This document shows positions 49,832 to 59,892 of a stretch of DNA of 64,000 bases, piece after piece. This DNA is from a virus (lineage: Duplodnaviria; Caudoviricetes). Within the stretch, counting starts at the first letter, position 1. Every line of letters starts with the position of its first letter. The DNA lies in IMG/VR virus record IMGVR_UViG_3300010340_000989, positions 64,001 to 128,000 of that record; one strand, given 5' to 3'. The notes under the pieces were generated by a model. It was not told where the DNA came from. It searched no databases and saw only the letters and a program-made list of their open reading frames with translations. The translations under genes and the position numbers were made by a program.

Positions 49832-50329
49832 ATGAATACAAAAAGATTTAATAACCCAACAGACTTTGAAAAAGTAAAAGAAGAACATCCTATGTCAGCT
49901 AAAAACTCATCGATTCAAACAACTGTCGAAACTTTAATTGAAAACAATATTGATTATAAAGATCAGTATTTAAGACTATATGCTGATTTTGAAAATTATA
50001 AAAAAAGAAATCAAAAAGAAAAAGAAGAACTTGTTTTAAATACTAAAACTAAAATGTTGAATTCTATTCTAGATTTAGATAATGATTTACATATTGCTAA
50101 AAAATCAATCGGTGATTCAGAAGGAATAAACATTATTCTAAATAAAGTTCATAGTTTTTTAAAATCTCACGGTATTGAAGAGGTTCAAACAGAATCATAT
50201 GATTCTGATTTACATGAAGTTATTTCTGTTTTGGAAACAGGTGAAGAAAAAATAATAGATGTTATATCAAAAGGTTACTCTATAAATGGAAAACCATTTA
50301 GATATCCTAAAATAATTCTATCTAAGTAA
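49832..50329 (+). CDS. grpE: nucleotide exchange factor GrpE
   Basis: YLRLYADFENYKKR, D..LHE.I, KGY..NGK..R. Confidence 0.92.
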   Translation: MNTKRFNNPTDFEKVKEEHPMSAKNSSIQTTVETLIENNIDYKDQYLRLYADFENYKKRNQKEKEELVLNTKTKMLNSILDLDNDLHIAKKSIGDSEGINIILNKVHSFLKSHGIEEVQTESYDSDLHEVISVLETGEEKIIDVISKGYSINGKPFRYPKIILSK

Positions 50330-50871
50330 TGAATTATAAAGATGCTAAATCTCTTAAAGAACTTGATGATAATAATCTTTATGATATACTATGTAAAGGC
50401 ATAAATCATCCAGATGATGTATCACATTTAAAAGATTTATTTAAAGATACAACCTGTTTACACTATCATCTTTTTGATGACCCAGTATTCACTGAAAAAA
50501 AGAATAAAAGTGATGATAATCCAGATGGGAATAATCTTTTAGAATATATTCTTCCAACTTTGAGAAGACTATATTCTAAATTTTTTATAGTTCCGCCAAG
50601 TATCTTTACAAGTTCAAAAGAGAATAGAAGACTTGAACTATATCAACTTCAATTCAATTTAGTTGAGTTCTTAACTATCTTATCTGAAAAGTATAAAAAT
50701 AATCATAATAAATTAGATGATTTTAAAAATTTAGATACTGATGCTGAGATGCTTACGTTAATAGTTGAAGATTATATCGCATCTAAGGTTAGTTATATTG
50801 CATCAACAAATACATTTGATATTCCTACGGAGATAAGAGATATAAAATTGTCAAGACATCTTAATATTTGA
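50329..50871 (+). CDS. hypothetical protein with C-terminal RxxK tag
   Basis: Ends RDIKLSRHLNI. Confidence 0.7.
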   Translation: MNYKDAKSLKELDDNNLYDILCKGINHPDDVSHLKDLFKDTTCLHYHLFDDPVFTEKKNKSDDNPDGNNLLEYILPTLRRLYSKFFIVPPSIFTSSKENRRLELYQLQFNLVEFLTILSEKYKNNHNKLDDFKNLDTDAEMLTLIVEDYIASKVSYIASTNTFDIPTEIRDIKLSRHLNI

Positions 50872-50920
50872 TGTGGTATGATATTTGTTATAAATAAAAA
50901 TAAAAAGAATTTAAAATAAT

Positions 50921-51955
50921 ATGAGTAAAGATTATTATCAAATACTTGAGGTTGATAGAAATTCATCAGCCGATGAAATTAAAAAGTCATATAGAAAAAT
51001 GGCTATGAAATATCATCCAGATAAAAATCCAGATAACCCACAAGCTGAGGAGAAATTTAAAGAATGTGCTGAAGCATTTGATGTTCTTTCAGATCCACAG
51101 AAAAAACAACAATATGATCAATTCGGAACTGTTGGTGGTAATCAATTTAATGGTGGATTTAATATGGATGATATTTTTTCTAGATTTGGTGATTTTTTTG
51201 GAGGATTTGGAGGAAACCAAAGACAAGTCCGTAGAGGATCAGATTTAAGATTAAAAGTTAATGTCACCTTAAATGATATTATATATGGGGTTGATAAAAA
51301 AATAAAATATATTCGTCAAGTCAAATGTAATACTTGTGATGGATTTGGTGGAAAAGACTTGACAAATTGTGGAATTTGTCAAGGAACCGGACAAAGAAGA
51401 GTTGTTCAACAAACACCATTTGGGACTATTCAACAAGTTGTAAGTTGTAATTCTTGTGGTGGGCAAGGACAAATAACAAAAACAACTTGTAATAATTGCA
51501 AAGGACATGGAACAACACCATATGAAGAAACAATAGATATTAGTATACCAAAAGGTGCTGTAAATGGTGTTAATCTTAATATGTCACAACATGGAAATTG
51601 GATTAAAAATGGGCAACCAGGAGATTTGATTATTCTTATCGAAGAGATGCCGGATTTAAATTTTAAAAGAGAAAGTAATAATTTAGTTTATGAACAATCT
51701 ATTTCTATTATTGATGCAATTTTAGGAAAAGAAATACAACTAACTACACCACACGGTGATATTAAATTTATCGTAACACCAGGAACATCACATGGTAAAA
51801 CACTAAGAATACAAGGAAAAGGAGTTCCAGATTTAAATCAAAATGGAAGGACAGGAGATTTATTTATAAAAATGAATATTAGAATTCCTCAAAATGTTAC
51901 TAATGAAGAAAAAAAATTACTAAATACATTAAAAGAGTCTCCAAACTTTTTTTAA
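50921..51955 (+). CDS. dnaJ: chaperone DnaJ
   Basis: J domain with HPD, G/F region, four CxxCxGxG. Confidence 0.97.
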   Translation: MSKDYYQILEVDRNSSADEIKKSYRKMAMKYHPDKNPDNPQAEEKFKECAEAFDVLSDPQKKQQYDQFGTVGGNQFNGGFNMDDIFSRFGDFFGGFGGNQRQVRRGSDLRLKVNVTLNDIIYGVDKKIKYIRQVKCNTCDGFGGKDLTNCGICQGTGQRRVVQQTPFGTIQQVVSCNSCGGQGQITKTTCNNCKGHGTTPYEETIDISIPKGAVNGVNLNMSQHGNWIKNGQPGDLIILIEEMPDLNFKRESNNLVYEQSISIIDAILGKEIQLTTPHGDIKFIVTPGTSHGKTLRIQGKGVPDLNQNGRTGDLFIKMNIRIPQNVTNEEKKLLNTLKESPNFF

Positions 51956-51980
51956 ACAAAAAAATAGTATATTTGTAATT

Positions 51981-52328
51981 ATGGAAAAGTTAAAAGTTGT
52001 AAAAGTTGATTCATACTCTATTGTTTTTGATAATGATGTCGTTTTAACATCAGAACATGATAAGGATTGTTGTGAAGAACACTATTTATCAATGTCTGAC
52101 TTAACAATGTCTGACTTTGAAGGTTTAGAATTTGATTTAACAAATGATAATTTTTTCAAAAGAATTGAGGGATATGGTATAGAATTGGTCCCAATTACTG
52201 GATACTCAGTAAAAATTCCAGGATATGCTTCAAATAATGGATATTATTCCTCTTACTTATCATTAGTTGTAATGAGTCCATCATTACCTGATAAAGTGTA
52301 TGATATTACAGAGTGTCAGGATTATTAA
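51981..52328 (+). CDS. phage hypothetical protein (DCCE...NNGYYS type)
   Basis: TATATTTG at 51968-51975. Confidence 0.7.
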   Translation: MEKLKVVKVDSYSIVFDNDVVLTSEHDKDCCEEHYLSMSDLTMSDFEGLEFDLTNDNFFKRIEGYGIELVPITGYSVKIPGYASNNGYYSSYLSLVVMSPSLPDKVYDITECQDY

Positions 52329-52334
52329 TTAACT

Positions 52335-52568
52335 ATGAAATATAAAATTGGGAAAATCATTAAACCAAAAAAATTAGATTGGTTAACAGATGATAAAATT
52401 GAAGAATACTTAAAATCAATGGGGTGGGAAAATCTTCCCAATTCTGTGATAAATGGTAATATTTGGACACAATATTTAAATGAATATGATTATAAAAATG
52501 TATATTTAATTGATCCTGATAATTCAAAAGAATCAATTATTAAACAAATTTTAGAACAACTTCAATAA
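52335..52568 (+). CDS. hypothetical protein
   Basis: ORF track. Confidence 0.55.
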   Translation: MKYKIGKIIKPKKLDWLTDDKIEEYLKSMGWENLPNSVINGNIWTQYLNEYDYKNVYLIDPDNSKESIIKQILEQLQ

Positions 52569-53681
52569 TCAAATAAGTTTATCTATAGCAAATTGTAAAT
52601 TAGATTTTACCCGGTCAATATAATGTCCGGGTATTTTATTTTCAGACAATAATCTTTCACAAGCAATTTTTGAATCTTCAAAATGTCCTGCCCAATAAGC
52701 AACAATAGAAAATTCATCTAAAATACCATAATCATAAATCCATTTCTCTACAAATAAAGATCCACTTGGTAATCCAATTGTTATTGCGTGTTTACCAAGA
52801 ATATAACCTTGTTGATTTAATCCATTAACTCTACAATAGTTTATAGCGGCATGTAAAGCTTCAGATCTATATGGTAGATTTTCTTGTGCCCTCATAAAAG
52901 TTTGTAAAATTTGCTCTTTAGGGTAATTTAATCCTTTCATCAAATTACCTGCGCTATATAAACTCATATAAACTTCCTCAGCCCAGAATCCTTGATCAGC
53001 TCTTTCCAGGTATTTTTCTAATGATAATTCTGGTTTCCCACCATCTCGATATGATTGTGCTAAATAAAATGTGTATCTTGATCTAAACCAATCTGTTATA
53101 TCACCCTTCAATGCTTCTTCTAATAGTTCTGCATCTTTTAAAAACTTATTATCACTTTTATTTCTAGCACTATCTTGAATTGGGAAATTATGAAACCCTT
53201 TTGCAGTATCTCTACTACCACCATCAGCCATTGATAGAAATTCATGAATAACTCCTTCATATTTAGAGTCTCTTTTATTTGATGTTAAAGTGGGTCTATT
53301 ATAAATAAATCCACCCATATTTGTAACTATATCATATATATCATCACATAAAGAATTTTTAAAATTTTCAACATTAAAATCATCTTCAAACACTAATATT
53401 TCGTCAGCATCTATCATTAATGAATAATCAATAAAATCCTTTTCTTTTAATTTTTGAAGTGCAAATGTTCTATTATAAGCAAAATTTTTCCAAGGCTCTA
53501 TAATAACCTCACCTGGGATATTATTTTTATTCAACCAATTATTAATTACTTGAGGGGTTCCATCATCTGAACCAGTATCAACAATTAAAACATAATCTAA
53601 AAGCCTTTTTAGTGATTCCATACATCTCTCGATAACATGAGCCTCATTTTTTACTATCATACAAAGTCCAATTGTCTTCAT
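52569..53681 (-). CDS. family 2 glycosyltransferase with TPR-like C-terminus
   Basis: LCMIVKNE, VDTGSDDGT, IDADE, Y.GVIHE, RYTFYLAQSYRD. Confidence 0.9.
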   Translation of the reverse strand: MKTIGLCMIVKNEAHVIERCMESLKRLLDYVLIVDTGSDDGTPQVINNWLNKNNIPGEVIIEPWKNFAYNRTFALQKLKEKDFIDYSLMIDADEILVFEDDFNVENFKNSLCDDIYDIVTNMGGFIYNRPTLTSNKRDSKYEGVIHEFLSMADGGSRDTAKGFHNFPIQDSARNKSDNKFLKDAELLEEALKGDITDWFRSRYTFYLAQSYRDGGKPELSLEKYLERADQGFWAEEVYMSLYSAGNLMKGLNYPKEQILQTFMRAQENLPYRSEALHAAINYCRVNGLNQQGYILGKHAITIGLPSGSLFVEKWIYDYGILDEFSIVAYWAGHFEDSKIACERLLSENKIPGHYIDRVKSNLQFAIDKLI

Positions 53682-53765
53682 TAAATAAATATATTTTATT
53701 ATTTATAGATTACTAATCTATATTGGTTTGTTCGATTTTATATATACTATAAAATAATATTAAAT

Positions 53766-54557
53766 ATGAATGGATATGGAGATGAATATGTGCCTGACCA
53801 AAATGGTTTAACTATTGAAGAACTGATAGATTTTATTCAAAATGAAATAACAATTGGTTGTGCATTACCAAAAACTTTACCAGATTCTGAAATTAGAAGA
53901 ATTATAGAAACAAGAGCTCTTCCATATTTTTATCGTAATTATCAATATGCTGTTCAAAAAATGTATTTCTTTATACATCAAGATGCTTTTCATACTGAAG
54001 AATTTACCAAATATAGATATGTTAATGTTCCATGTGAAATACAATCTGTCACATATTTATATGAAGTTCGAGGTGGTAGTCTTATGCAATTAGGAATAAA
54101 TACACCAAATTTATCAGTAAATCTAGGTGTTACAAATCAACCTTATTTATCATCATATGTTACTACAATTGGAGAATTGGGTGTTTATAAAACAATTCTA
54201 GATTCTATGTCAGATATGTTAAATCAATTAAATAAATATACATTAAAATATCATTTTAATCAATTACATCATAGACTTCAAATAATGACTAATGTTAAAC
54301 ATAATGTGATTATAGAAGGTTATGCGAATATTCCACCAGAATATCTTTTTAAAGATGACCTTTTTGTTAAATATGTTACCGGATGGGCTAAAGTTCAATA
54401 TGGTAATTTAACTGGAAGATATGACTGGACATTAGCCGGTGGCATAAAAATCAATTCCGCAGATATAACCGCACAGGGAAAAGAAGAAATAAAAGAAGCG
54501 GAGGAAGAGATCAAGGGACAATCGAACTCAAGTTTCTTCTACATGGTAAAACGCTAA
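53766..54557 (+). CDS. neck/head-completion protein, T4 gp13-like
   Basis: C-terminal KY....AK.Q.G.L..Y...L.GGI.IN...I..QG.EEI. Confidence 0.7.
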   Translation: MNGYGDEYVPDQNGLTIEELIDFIQNEITIGCALPKTLPDSEIRRIIETRALPYFYRNYQYAVQKMYFFIHQDAFHTEEFTKYRYVNVPCEIQSVTYLYEVRGGSLMQLGINTPNLSVNLGVTNQPYLSSYVTTIGELGVYKTILDSMSDMLNQLNKYTLKYHFNQLHHRLQIMTNVKHNVIIEGYANIPPEYLFKDDLFVKYVTGWAKVQYGNLTGRYDWTLAGGIKINSADITAQGKEEIKEAEEEIKGQSNSSFFYMVKR

Positions 54558-54616
54558 AAGTAATATATTTAGAGAGTTTATTCTTAGGGAGCGGAACTTT
54601 CTAAATATATATTTTT

Positions 54617-55738
54617 ATGAAAACTTTTATTTATGGTTTATTAGACCCAGATACTAAATTAGTAAGATATATTGGTAAATCAAATAATCCAAATAAGCGG
54701 TTATATAATCATATTTTTAATTGTAGAAAATCACCAACCCATAAAAATAACTGGATTAAATCATTACTTGATAATAATAAAAAACCTTTAATAGAAATAA
54801 TAGATGAAGTTTTAATAGAGGAATGGCAAATATGGGAGATTTTTTATATTGATAAATATAAAAAAGATGGATTTGATCTTACAAATTTATCAAATGGTGG
54901 ATCAGGTCCAACATTTCAAGAGTATTATGATAAGGCAAAAACTATTGAAAAAATGAAACTTCGTCATAAATTATTCCCAAACTATAATCGTTCTGGAAAT
55001 AATTTAAAACAACCGATTGATAAAGATTTATTATATCAGTTATACATAGTTGATAATCTTTCTATACCAAAAATATCGGAAAAATTGCAATGCTCTGAGA
55101 AGAAGGTTTTTGATAATCTAAAAGATTATAGTATAAAAAAAGATAAGAGAGTATGGAAAAAGCAATGTGCATCCAGTGATAAAAAGATTGTTTTACAATA
55201 TGATTTATCAGGAGAACTTATAAAGGAGTGGAATAGTTTGAAATCTGTAAGTAAATTTTATAAAAACACAAATATCTCAAGTTGTTGTAGAGGAGAATCA
55301 GTAACTGCATCCGGTTTTATTTGGAGATATAAAGATGAATTTATAGATATAGATTTAAATAAATTAAATTATCAAAAAAGAAAAGTATCACAATATGATT
55401 TACAAGGAAATTTTATTAGATCTTTCGATTCAATTAAAGAAGCATCATTAAATGGATTTAACGAGGGTAATATTCAAGATTGTTGTGCTGGTAGATTGAA
55501 ATCATCTAAGGGGTTTATTTGGAGATATTTAGAAGATTCTCAACCGCTTATGTATAAGAAAAAAAATGTTAAATCAGTTTTACAATTTTCAATTTCTGGT
55601 GAATTTATTAAGGAATGGGATTCTATCGCAATGGTATCTAGAGAGTTAAAAATTGGAGGGAATAGTATAGTTACTTGTTGTAAGGGTAAATATAAATCGG
55701 CGGGAGGTTTTATTTGGAAGTATAAAGATAATATATAA
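54617..55738 (+). mobile_element. free-standing GIY-YIG homing endonuclease with three NUMOD1-type repeats
   Basis: FIYGL.DP...RYIGKS.NP..R; repeats V.QYDL.G.FI..W.S...CC.G...SA.GFIW.Y. Confidence 0.88.
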
Positions 55739-55741
55739 TTA

Positions 55742-56140
55742 ATGATATATTTAAAATTATTTGAAAATTTTAGTAGGCATAAAGATTGGAAAAATCCTGA
55801 TGAAAATGATAGAATATTTGAAATTATATTTATGTCTTTTTTAGATATTTCTGATAAATATAATTTTGAAAAAGTTGATGATGTTTATAAATCGGATATT
55901 AATGGGACTATTTATCAAATAAAATACTCAACAAAACGAGAAGAATATAATTTAGAAATATTTCTAATAGATAATTTAGAAGGTGTATCTGATGATGGTA
56001 GAAATCTAAAAAAAGATCTTTTATCTGATTTTAATAAATTTATTTCACATTTAGAATCATTCGGTTTAAAATGTATTATGAATAGAGAAAGAGGTAGTTT
56101 AATAATTGATTTTTACATCTCTAAAAACTCTAATATATAA
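55742..56140 (+). CDS. hypothetical protein with N-terminal leader
   Basis: MIYLKLFENF. Confidence 0.72.
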   Translation: MIYLKLFENFSRHKDWKNPDENDRIFEIIFMSFLDISDKYNFEKVDDVYKSDINGTIYQIKYSTKREEYNLEIFLIDNLEGVSDDGRNLKKDLLSDFNKFISHLESFGLKCIMNRERGSLIIDFYISKNSNI

Positions 56141-56143
56141 CTT

Positions 56144-57022
56144 ATGAAACATATTAAACCATATAAATTATTTGAATCTTCAAATAGATTTGTTGAAGAG
56201 ATTGGTATAACATTAGATCAAGTTCAAGATATTTTCATAGATGTTAAAGATTCTGGATTAGAAGTTGATGATATTTATATAGGAAATGCTTTATCATTAG
56301 GAAATAATGAAATAGTAACAGATCATAATGATTTAGTATTTATTGACTCATATAGAAGTTTTTCAATTAGATTAAAATCTACCAATCGTCATAATTTTCA
56401 TATAGAAAATGATTTATTTGATGAATTAAAATCATCAATTGGACATATTGAGTCTGAATTTAATTTACAATTAGGTAATATTTACCTAAGAACATTTGAT
56501 GGAGTTTGGTTTAATAATGTAGATACGATGGAAAAGTATATTAATGAATTACCATTTGCTAAAAAAGTATCTTTAAAATGGATTAGTTATTTGGATTTAA
56601 CTTTTAAAATTAAAGCGAATTCAAATGAATATTTAACAGAAAAATATAAAAATCAATATTCTTTACTGAAATCAATATTAAATGATGTTAAAGATATACT
56701 TATTGATTTAACGGATGATAATGATTATTTAAGTTATAATATTGATTTTAATGAGTATTATAAAATTAAGGGAACTGAACTTGGCCAGGCGATGTATGCA
56801 GATTCAATTGATATTCATTTACTAAATGAAGAAGATATATTTTATATCTTTAATGAAGATATTCTACCTACTTTAAAAAAGTTAGAATCATTTTTGAAAC
56901 AATATGATTTAAATATTGATATTGAATTGGTAAATAAAGATATAACTTATTCATTAGATGATTTTGTTAATGAGCATGGTGATAAAAAATCTAATGAATT
57001 AATAATAATAATTATATACTAA
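56144..57022 (+). CDS. two-domain DIL.DL.D family protein with N-terminal leader
   Basis: MKHIKPYKLFES; QDIFIDVKD and KDILIDLTDD. Confidence 0.75.
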   Translation: MKHIKPYKLFESSNRFVEEIGITLDQVQDIFIDVKDSGLEVDDIYIGNALSLGNNEIVTDHNDLVFIDSYRSFSIRLKSTNRHNFHIENDLFDELKSSIGHIESEFNLQLGNIYLRTFDGVWFNNVDTMEKYINELPFAKKVSLKWISYLDLTFKIKANSNEYLTEKYKNQYSLLKSILNDVKDILIDLTDDNDYLSYNIDFNEYYKIKGTELGQAMYADSIDIHLLNEEDIFYIFNEDILPTLKKLESFLKQYDLNIDIELVNKDITYSLDDFVNEHGDKKSNELIIIIIY

Positions 57023-57036
57023 AAATAAATATAACT

Positions 57037-57387
57037 ATGAGAATAAAAAAATTTGAAAATTTTAGTCAAGAAGAGGAATATGATGGATTAAATTCATCAC
57101 AAGAAGAAGAGCTTTTTGAAATATTTAATGAGTGGGTAGATAAAAAATATCCGGATTTATCAAAAGAAGATTTGATAGAGAAATTTACACCAGGCACTGA
57201 TGAGTTTGTAGAGTTTTTATCAGAATTAGAAAATGAAACAGATTGGTTTGATTATACTCAAATTGATAAAATATATCAAGAAATATCTATATATATAAAT
57301 GATTTATATGAGGATGATACTGAATGGGATGATACTGAGTATGAAGATGGTGAAAACGATGATGATGGTGAAAACGATGAAGATTAA
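57037..57387 (+). CDS. very acidic protein with N-terminal leader
   Basis: MRIKKFENF; D/E-rich tail. Confidence 0.72.
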   Translation: MRIKKFENFSQEEEYDGLNSSQEEELFEIFNEWVDKKYPDLSKEDLIEKFTPGTDEFVEFLSELENETDWFDYTQIDKIYQEISIYINDLYEDDTEWDDTEYEDGENDDDGENDED

Positions 57388-57395
57388 TAATTATT

Positions 57396-57785
57396 ATGAA
57401 ATATTTAAAAAGATTTGAAAGTGTAATTGATGATAATATCATTTCATCTTTAAAGGATATCTTTAAAGATTTAAGTGATGATATTTTTGATGTTTATATT
57501 GAATATAAAACTTTTTTTGGTGAAAAAAAACCATTTTTAACCATATCTATTTATAAAAATTCTTCTGGTAAGGAAAATGCACCAGCAGAAGATATTTATT
57601 TATATGAAATAAAAGATTATATTAAAAGATCAATCGAATATCTAAGATCTGAGGGACTTGAACTCTCTACTGTGATTCCATATGGTAGTAGAAATTCCTT
57701 TATAGGAAGACGTGAGGAGGATGTAGAAAATTGGAATCCAGATGATATAGTAATGGCAATGAATGTATATTTTAAAGAAATATGA
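57396..57785 (+). CDS. paralog-family protein with N-terminal leader
   Basis: MKYLKRFES; LKDIFKDLSDD; EIKDYIKR.I.YL. Confidence 0.75.
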   Translation: MKYLKRFESVIDDNIISSLKDIFKDLSDDIFDVYIEYKTFFGEKKPFLTISIYKNSSGKENAPAEDIYLYEIKDYIKRSIEYLRSEGLELSTVIPYGSRNSFIGRREEDVENWNPDDIVMAMNVYFKEI

Positions 57786-58171
57786 AATATTTAAAAAGAT
57801 TTGAGAATTTAAAAGAAGATAATTCAGAAATACTATCTGATTTAAAAGATATTTTATCTGATTTAACAGATGATGATTTTGATATAGAAATTATTGATAA
57901 AGAAAAAAGAAAAAACCAGAGTGGTGATTGGGATAATATCCGTATTCGTTTTATTAAGATAAATGGTAGATACTGTACTGAATTTGAATTATCCGAAATA
58001 AAGGATTATGTTAAAAGAATCATTGTTTATATGAGAAATAATGATTTTAAACTTAAGTATATTTATGCTTTTAAACAGCAGAACATGTCCAAAGATTTTA
58101 ATCTAACAATTGATATTGATCAATGGGACTTAAATATGAAAGTTTTCGGTATTAATTTTTACTTCGATTAA
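57782..58171 (+). CDS. paralog-family protein with N-terminal leader
   Basis: MKYLKRFEN; EDNSEILSDLKDILSDL. Confidence 0.75.
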   Translation: MKYLKRFENLKEDNSEILSDLKDILSDLTDDDFDIEIIDKEKRKNQSGDWDNIRIRFIKINGRYCTEFELSEIKDYVKRIIVYMRNNDFKLKYIYAFKQQNMSKDFNLTIDIDQWDLNMKVFGINFYFD

Positions 58172-58185
58172 ATAATAAATAGTTT

Positions 58186-58593
58186 ATGAAATATTTAAAA
58201 AGATTTGAGAAGTTAGAAGATAATTCAGAAATATTATCTGATTTACAGGATATTTTATCTGATTTAAAAGATGAATATTTTGACATTTCTATTTTACCAG
58301 GAACTTGGAAGAACAATTATTGTATTATGATTGGATTTCTAAAAGATACAACAGGTGGAGTAGCTAAGGAATTTAAATTATCTGAAATAAAAGAATATAT
58401 TGATAGATTAATAGAATATCTTCAATCTAATGGATATTATATTGAAGATATTGACGCTTTTGACTTATCCAAAAGTCTTAAATTTCCGGGTGATAAAGGA
58501 TCAAACTTTGATTGTGTGGGTGCTTGGCCATGTATAAATGAGTGGGATTTAGATACTAAGGTTATTGGTATCAATTTTTATTTTAATAATTAA
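58186..58593 (+). CDS. paralog-family protein with N-terminal leader
   Basis: MKYLKRFEK; EDNSEILSDLQDILSDL; shared GINFYF end. Confidence 0.75.
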   Translation: MKYLKRFEKLEDNSEILSDLQDILSDLKDEYFDISILPGTWKNNYCIMIGFLKDTTGGVAKEFKLSEIKEYIDRLIEYLQSNGYYIEDIDAFDLSKSLKFPGDKGSNFDCVGAWPCINEWDLDTKVIGINFYFNN

Positions 58594-58603
58594 TATATAA
58601 ATT

Positions 58604-59104
58604 ATGAAACATTTAAAATCATTTAAACAGATATCAGAAGCAATTCGACCAGGATACATAAGTCAGAAGTCATTAGATAGAAACACAAAACCACCTAAAT
58701 TTATAGGAGATATTAAACAACCTGTTGAAATAAGAATTGATGTTGAAGCTGTTGGTCATGCTCTTTCTAGACAATATAGACATGGTGTGACTGATACTGA
58801 TGGTAAAATTGAAGCTGGAATATCAAAAGATGAGATATTAGATACTATTGAGGCATCAGTTGAGGAAATAACAATTGCTCTTATGCAAGATAAATTTGAT
58901 ATCTATCAAAATGAGGATGATTATCCTACTCGTGGTGTTAGAGAAGGAGAACCAAATAGATTTGTTATTCGTAAAAAAAGTAATAATTTAAATATTGTTT
59001 GTCAATTAGAACCAGGTGATAATGAATTCACATTAACTGTTATTACGGTTATGAAAAAAGAGGATTTTAAACCATATAGAGGTCAATTTGTATTGGAAGT
59101 ATGA
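58604..59104 (+). CDS. hypothetical protein with N-terminal leader; possible RelE/BrnT-like RNase fold
   Basis: MKHLKSFKQISE; HALSRQYR...I...EI...VITV. Confidence 0.55.
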   Translation: MKHLKSFKQISEAIRPGYISQKSLDRNTKPPKFIGDIKQPVEIRIDVEAVGHALSRQYRHGVTDTDGKIEAGISKDEILDTIEASVEEITIALMQDKFDIYQNEDDYPTRGVREGEPNRFVIRKKSNNLNIVCQLEPGDNEFTLTVITVMKKEDFKPYRGQFVLEV

Positions 59105-59892
59105 AGCATTTAAAAAGATATAATTCAGTAAATGAAAACTCTGTAAGATTGGCAGCTGATATTTTTTTTAGTGGAAAGGATGGTGATTGGATGTCTGGAA
59201 TAAATGAACCATTTTTAATAAAAGAATGTAGTATTATATTTCCAGATTCTACAATCATGGTCTTCAACGTTCTAAAAGAAGACTTTGACTCTGAATTTTT
59301 GAATTTAAAAATTTCACCTAAACAGGACTATACTAATATAAATTCTGTATTCTATCTATCGATTTATGGTGATAATATTCAATTTGAAAGTTTAAATGAA
59401 TATAAATTTGTCAGAAAATATCTTACAAAAGCTGACATATTAGAACACACGTTTGATGCATATATCTATTCTGACAACCATAATGGTGCATTCGAAATAA
59501 AATTAAATATTCTTTCACCGATTGATATAGGTTCAATGATAATGAGACCAGGGATAATTGGATTTCATAATAATTTAATGAAATCCAATACTAAAACATT
59601 TGTTGAAAAAAATAAAAATTGGAAATCCGATATTACAAATTTCTTTGATGATTATACAAAAATTCAAGCTCTATATAGTATGATTGAAAATAAAATAGAT
59701 TCTGAATCTATTTTTGAAATTAAACCATGTGATATTAAAATAATAGATAATTTAACAATAGATGGTGCATTATATCTTAAAAATATACTTAGTGGAATAA
59801 AAAATATTGAAATTTTAAAAGAAATTTTAAGAGATTGCAACTCAAATATTGAATCAAATAAATATTTAAAATTAATTGAAGAATTTTTATGA
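59101..59892 (+). CDS. hypothetical protein with N-terminal leader
   Basis: MKHLKRYNSVNE. Confidence 0.72.
   Translation: MKHLKRYNSVNENSVRLAADIFFSGKDGDWMSGINEPFLIKECSIIFPDSTIMVFNVLKEDFDSEFLNLKISPKQDYTNINSVFYLSIYGDNIQFESLNEYKFVRKYLTKADILEHTFDAYIYSDNHNGAFEIKLNILSPIDIGSMIMRPGIIGFHNNLMKSNTKTFVEKNKNWKSDITNFFDDYTKIQALYSMIENKIDSESIFEIKPCDIKIIDNLTIDGALYLKNILSGIKNIEILKEILRDCNSNIESNKYLKLIEEFL

Noticed and set aside
45818-51955. Bacterial chromosome origin suggested by dnaK/grpE/dnaJ/nusG/cca
   Set aside because: No bacterial operon context (no secE/rplK around nusG, no hrcA). The genes are interleaved with T4-like neck, topoisomerase, Rnl1 and many homing endonuclease genes.
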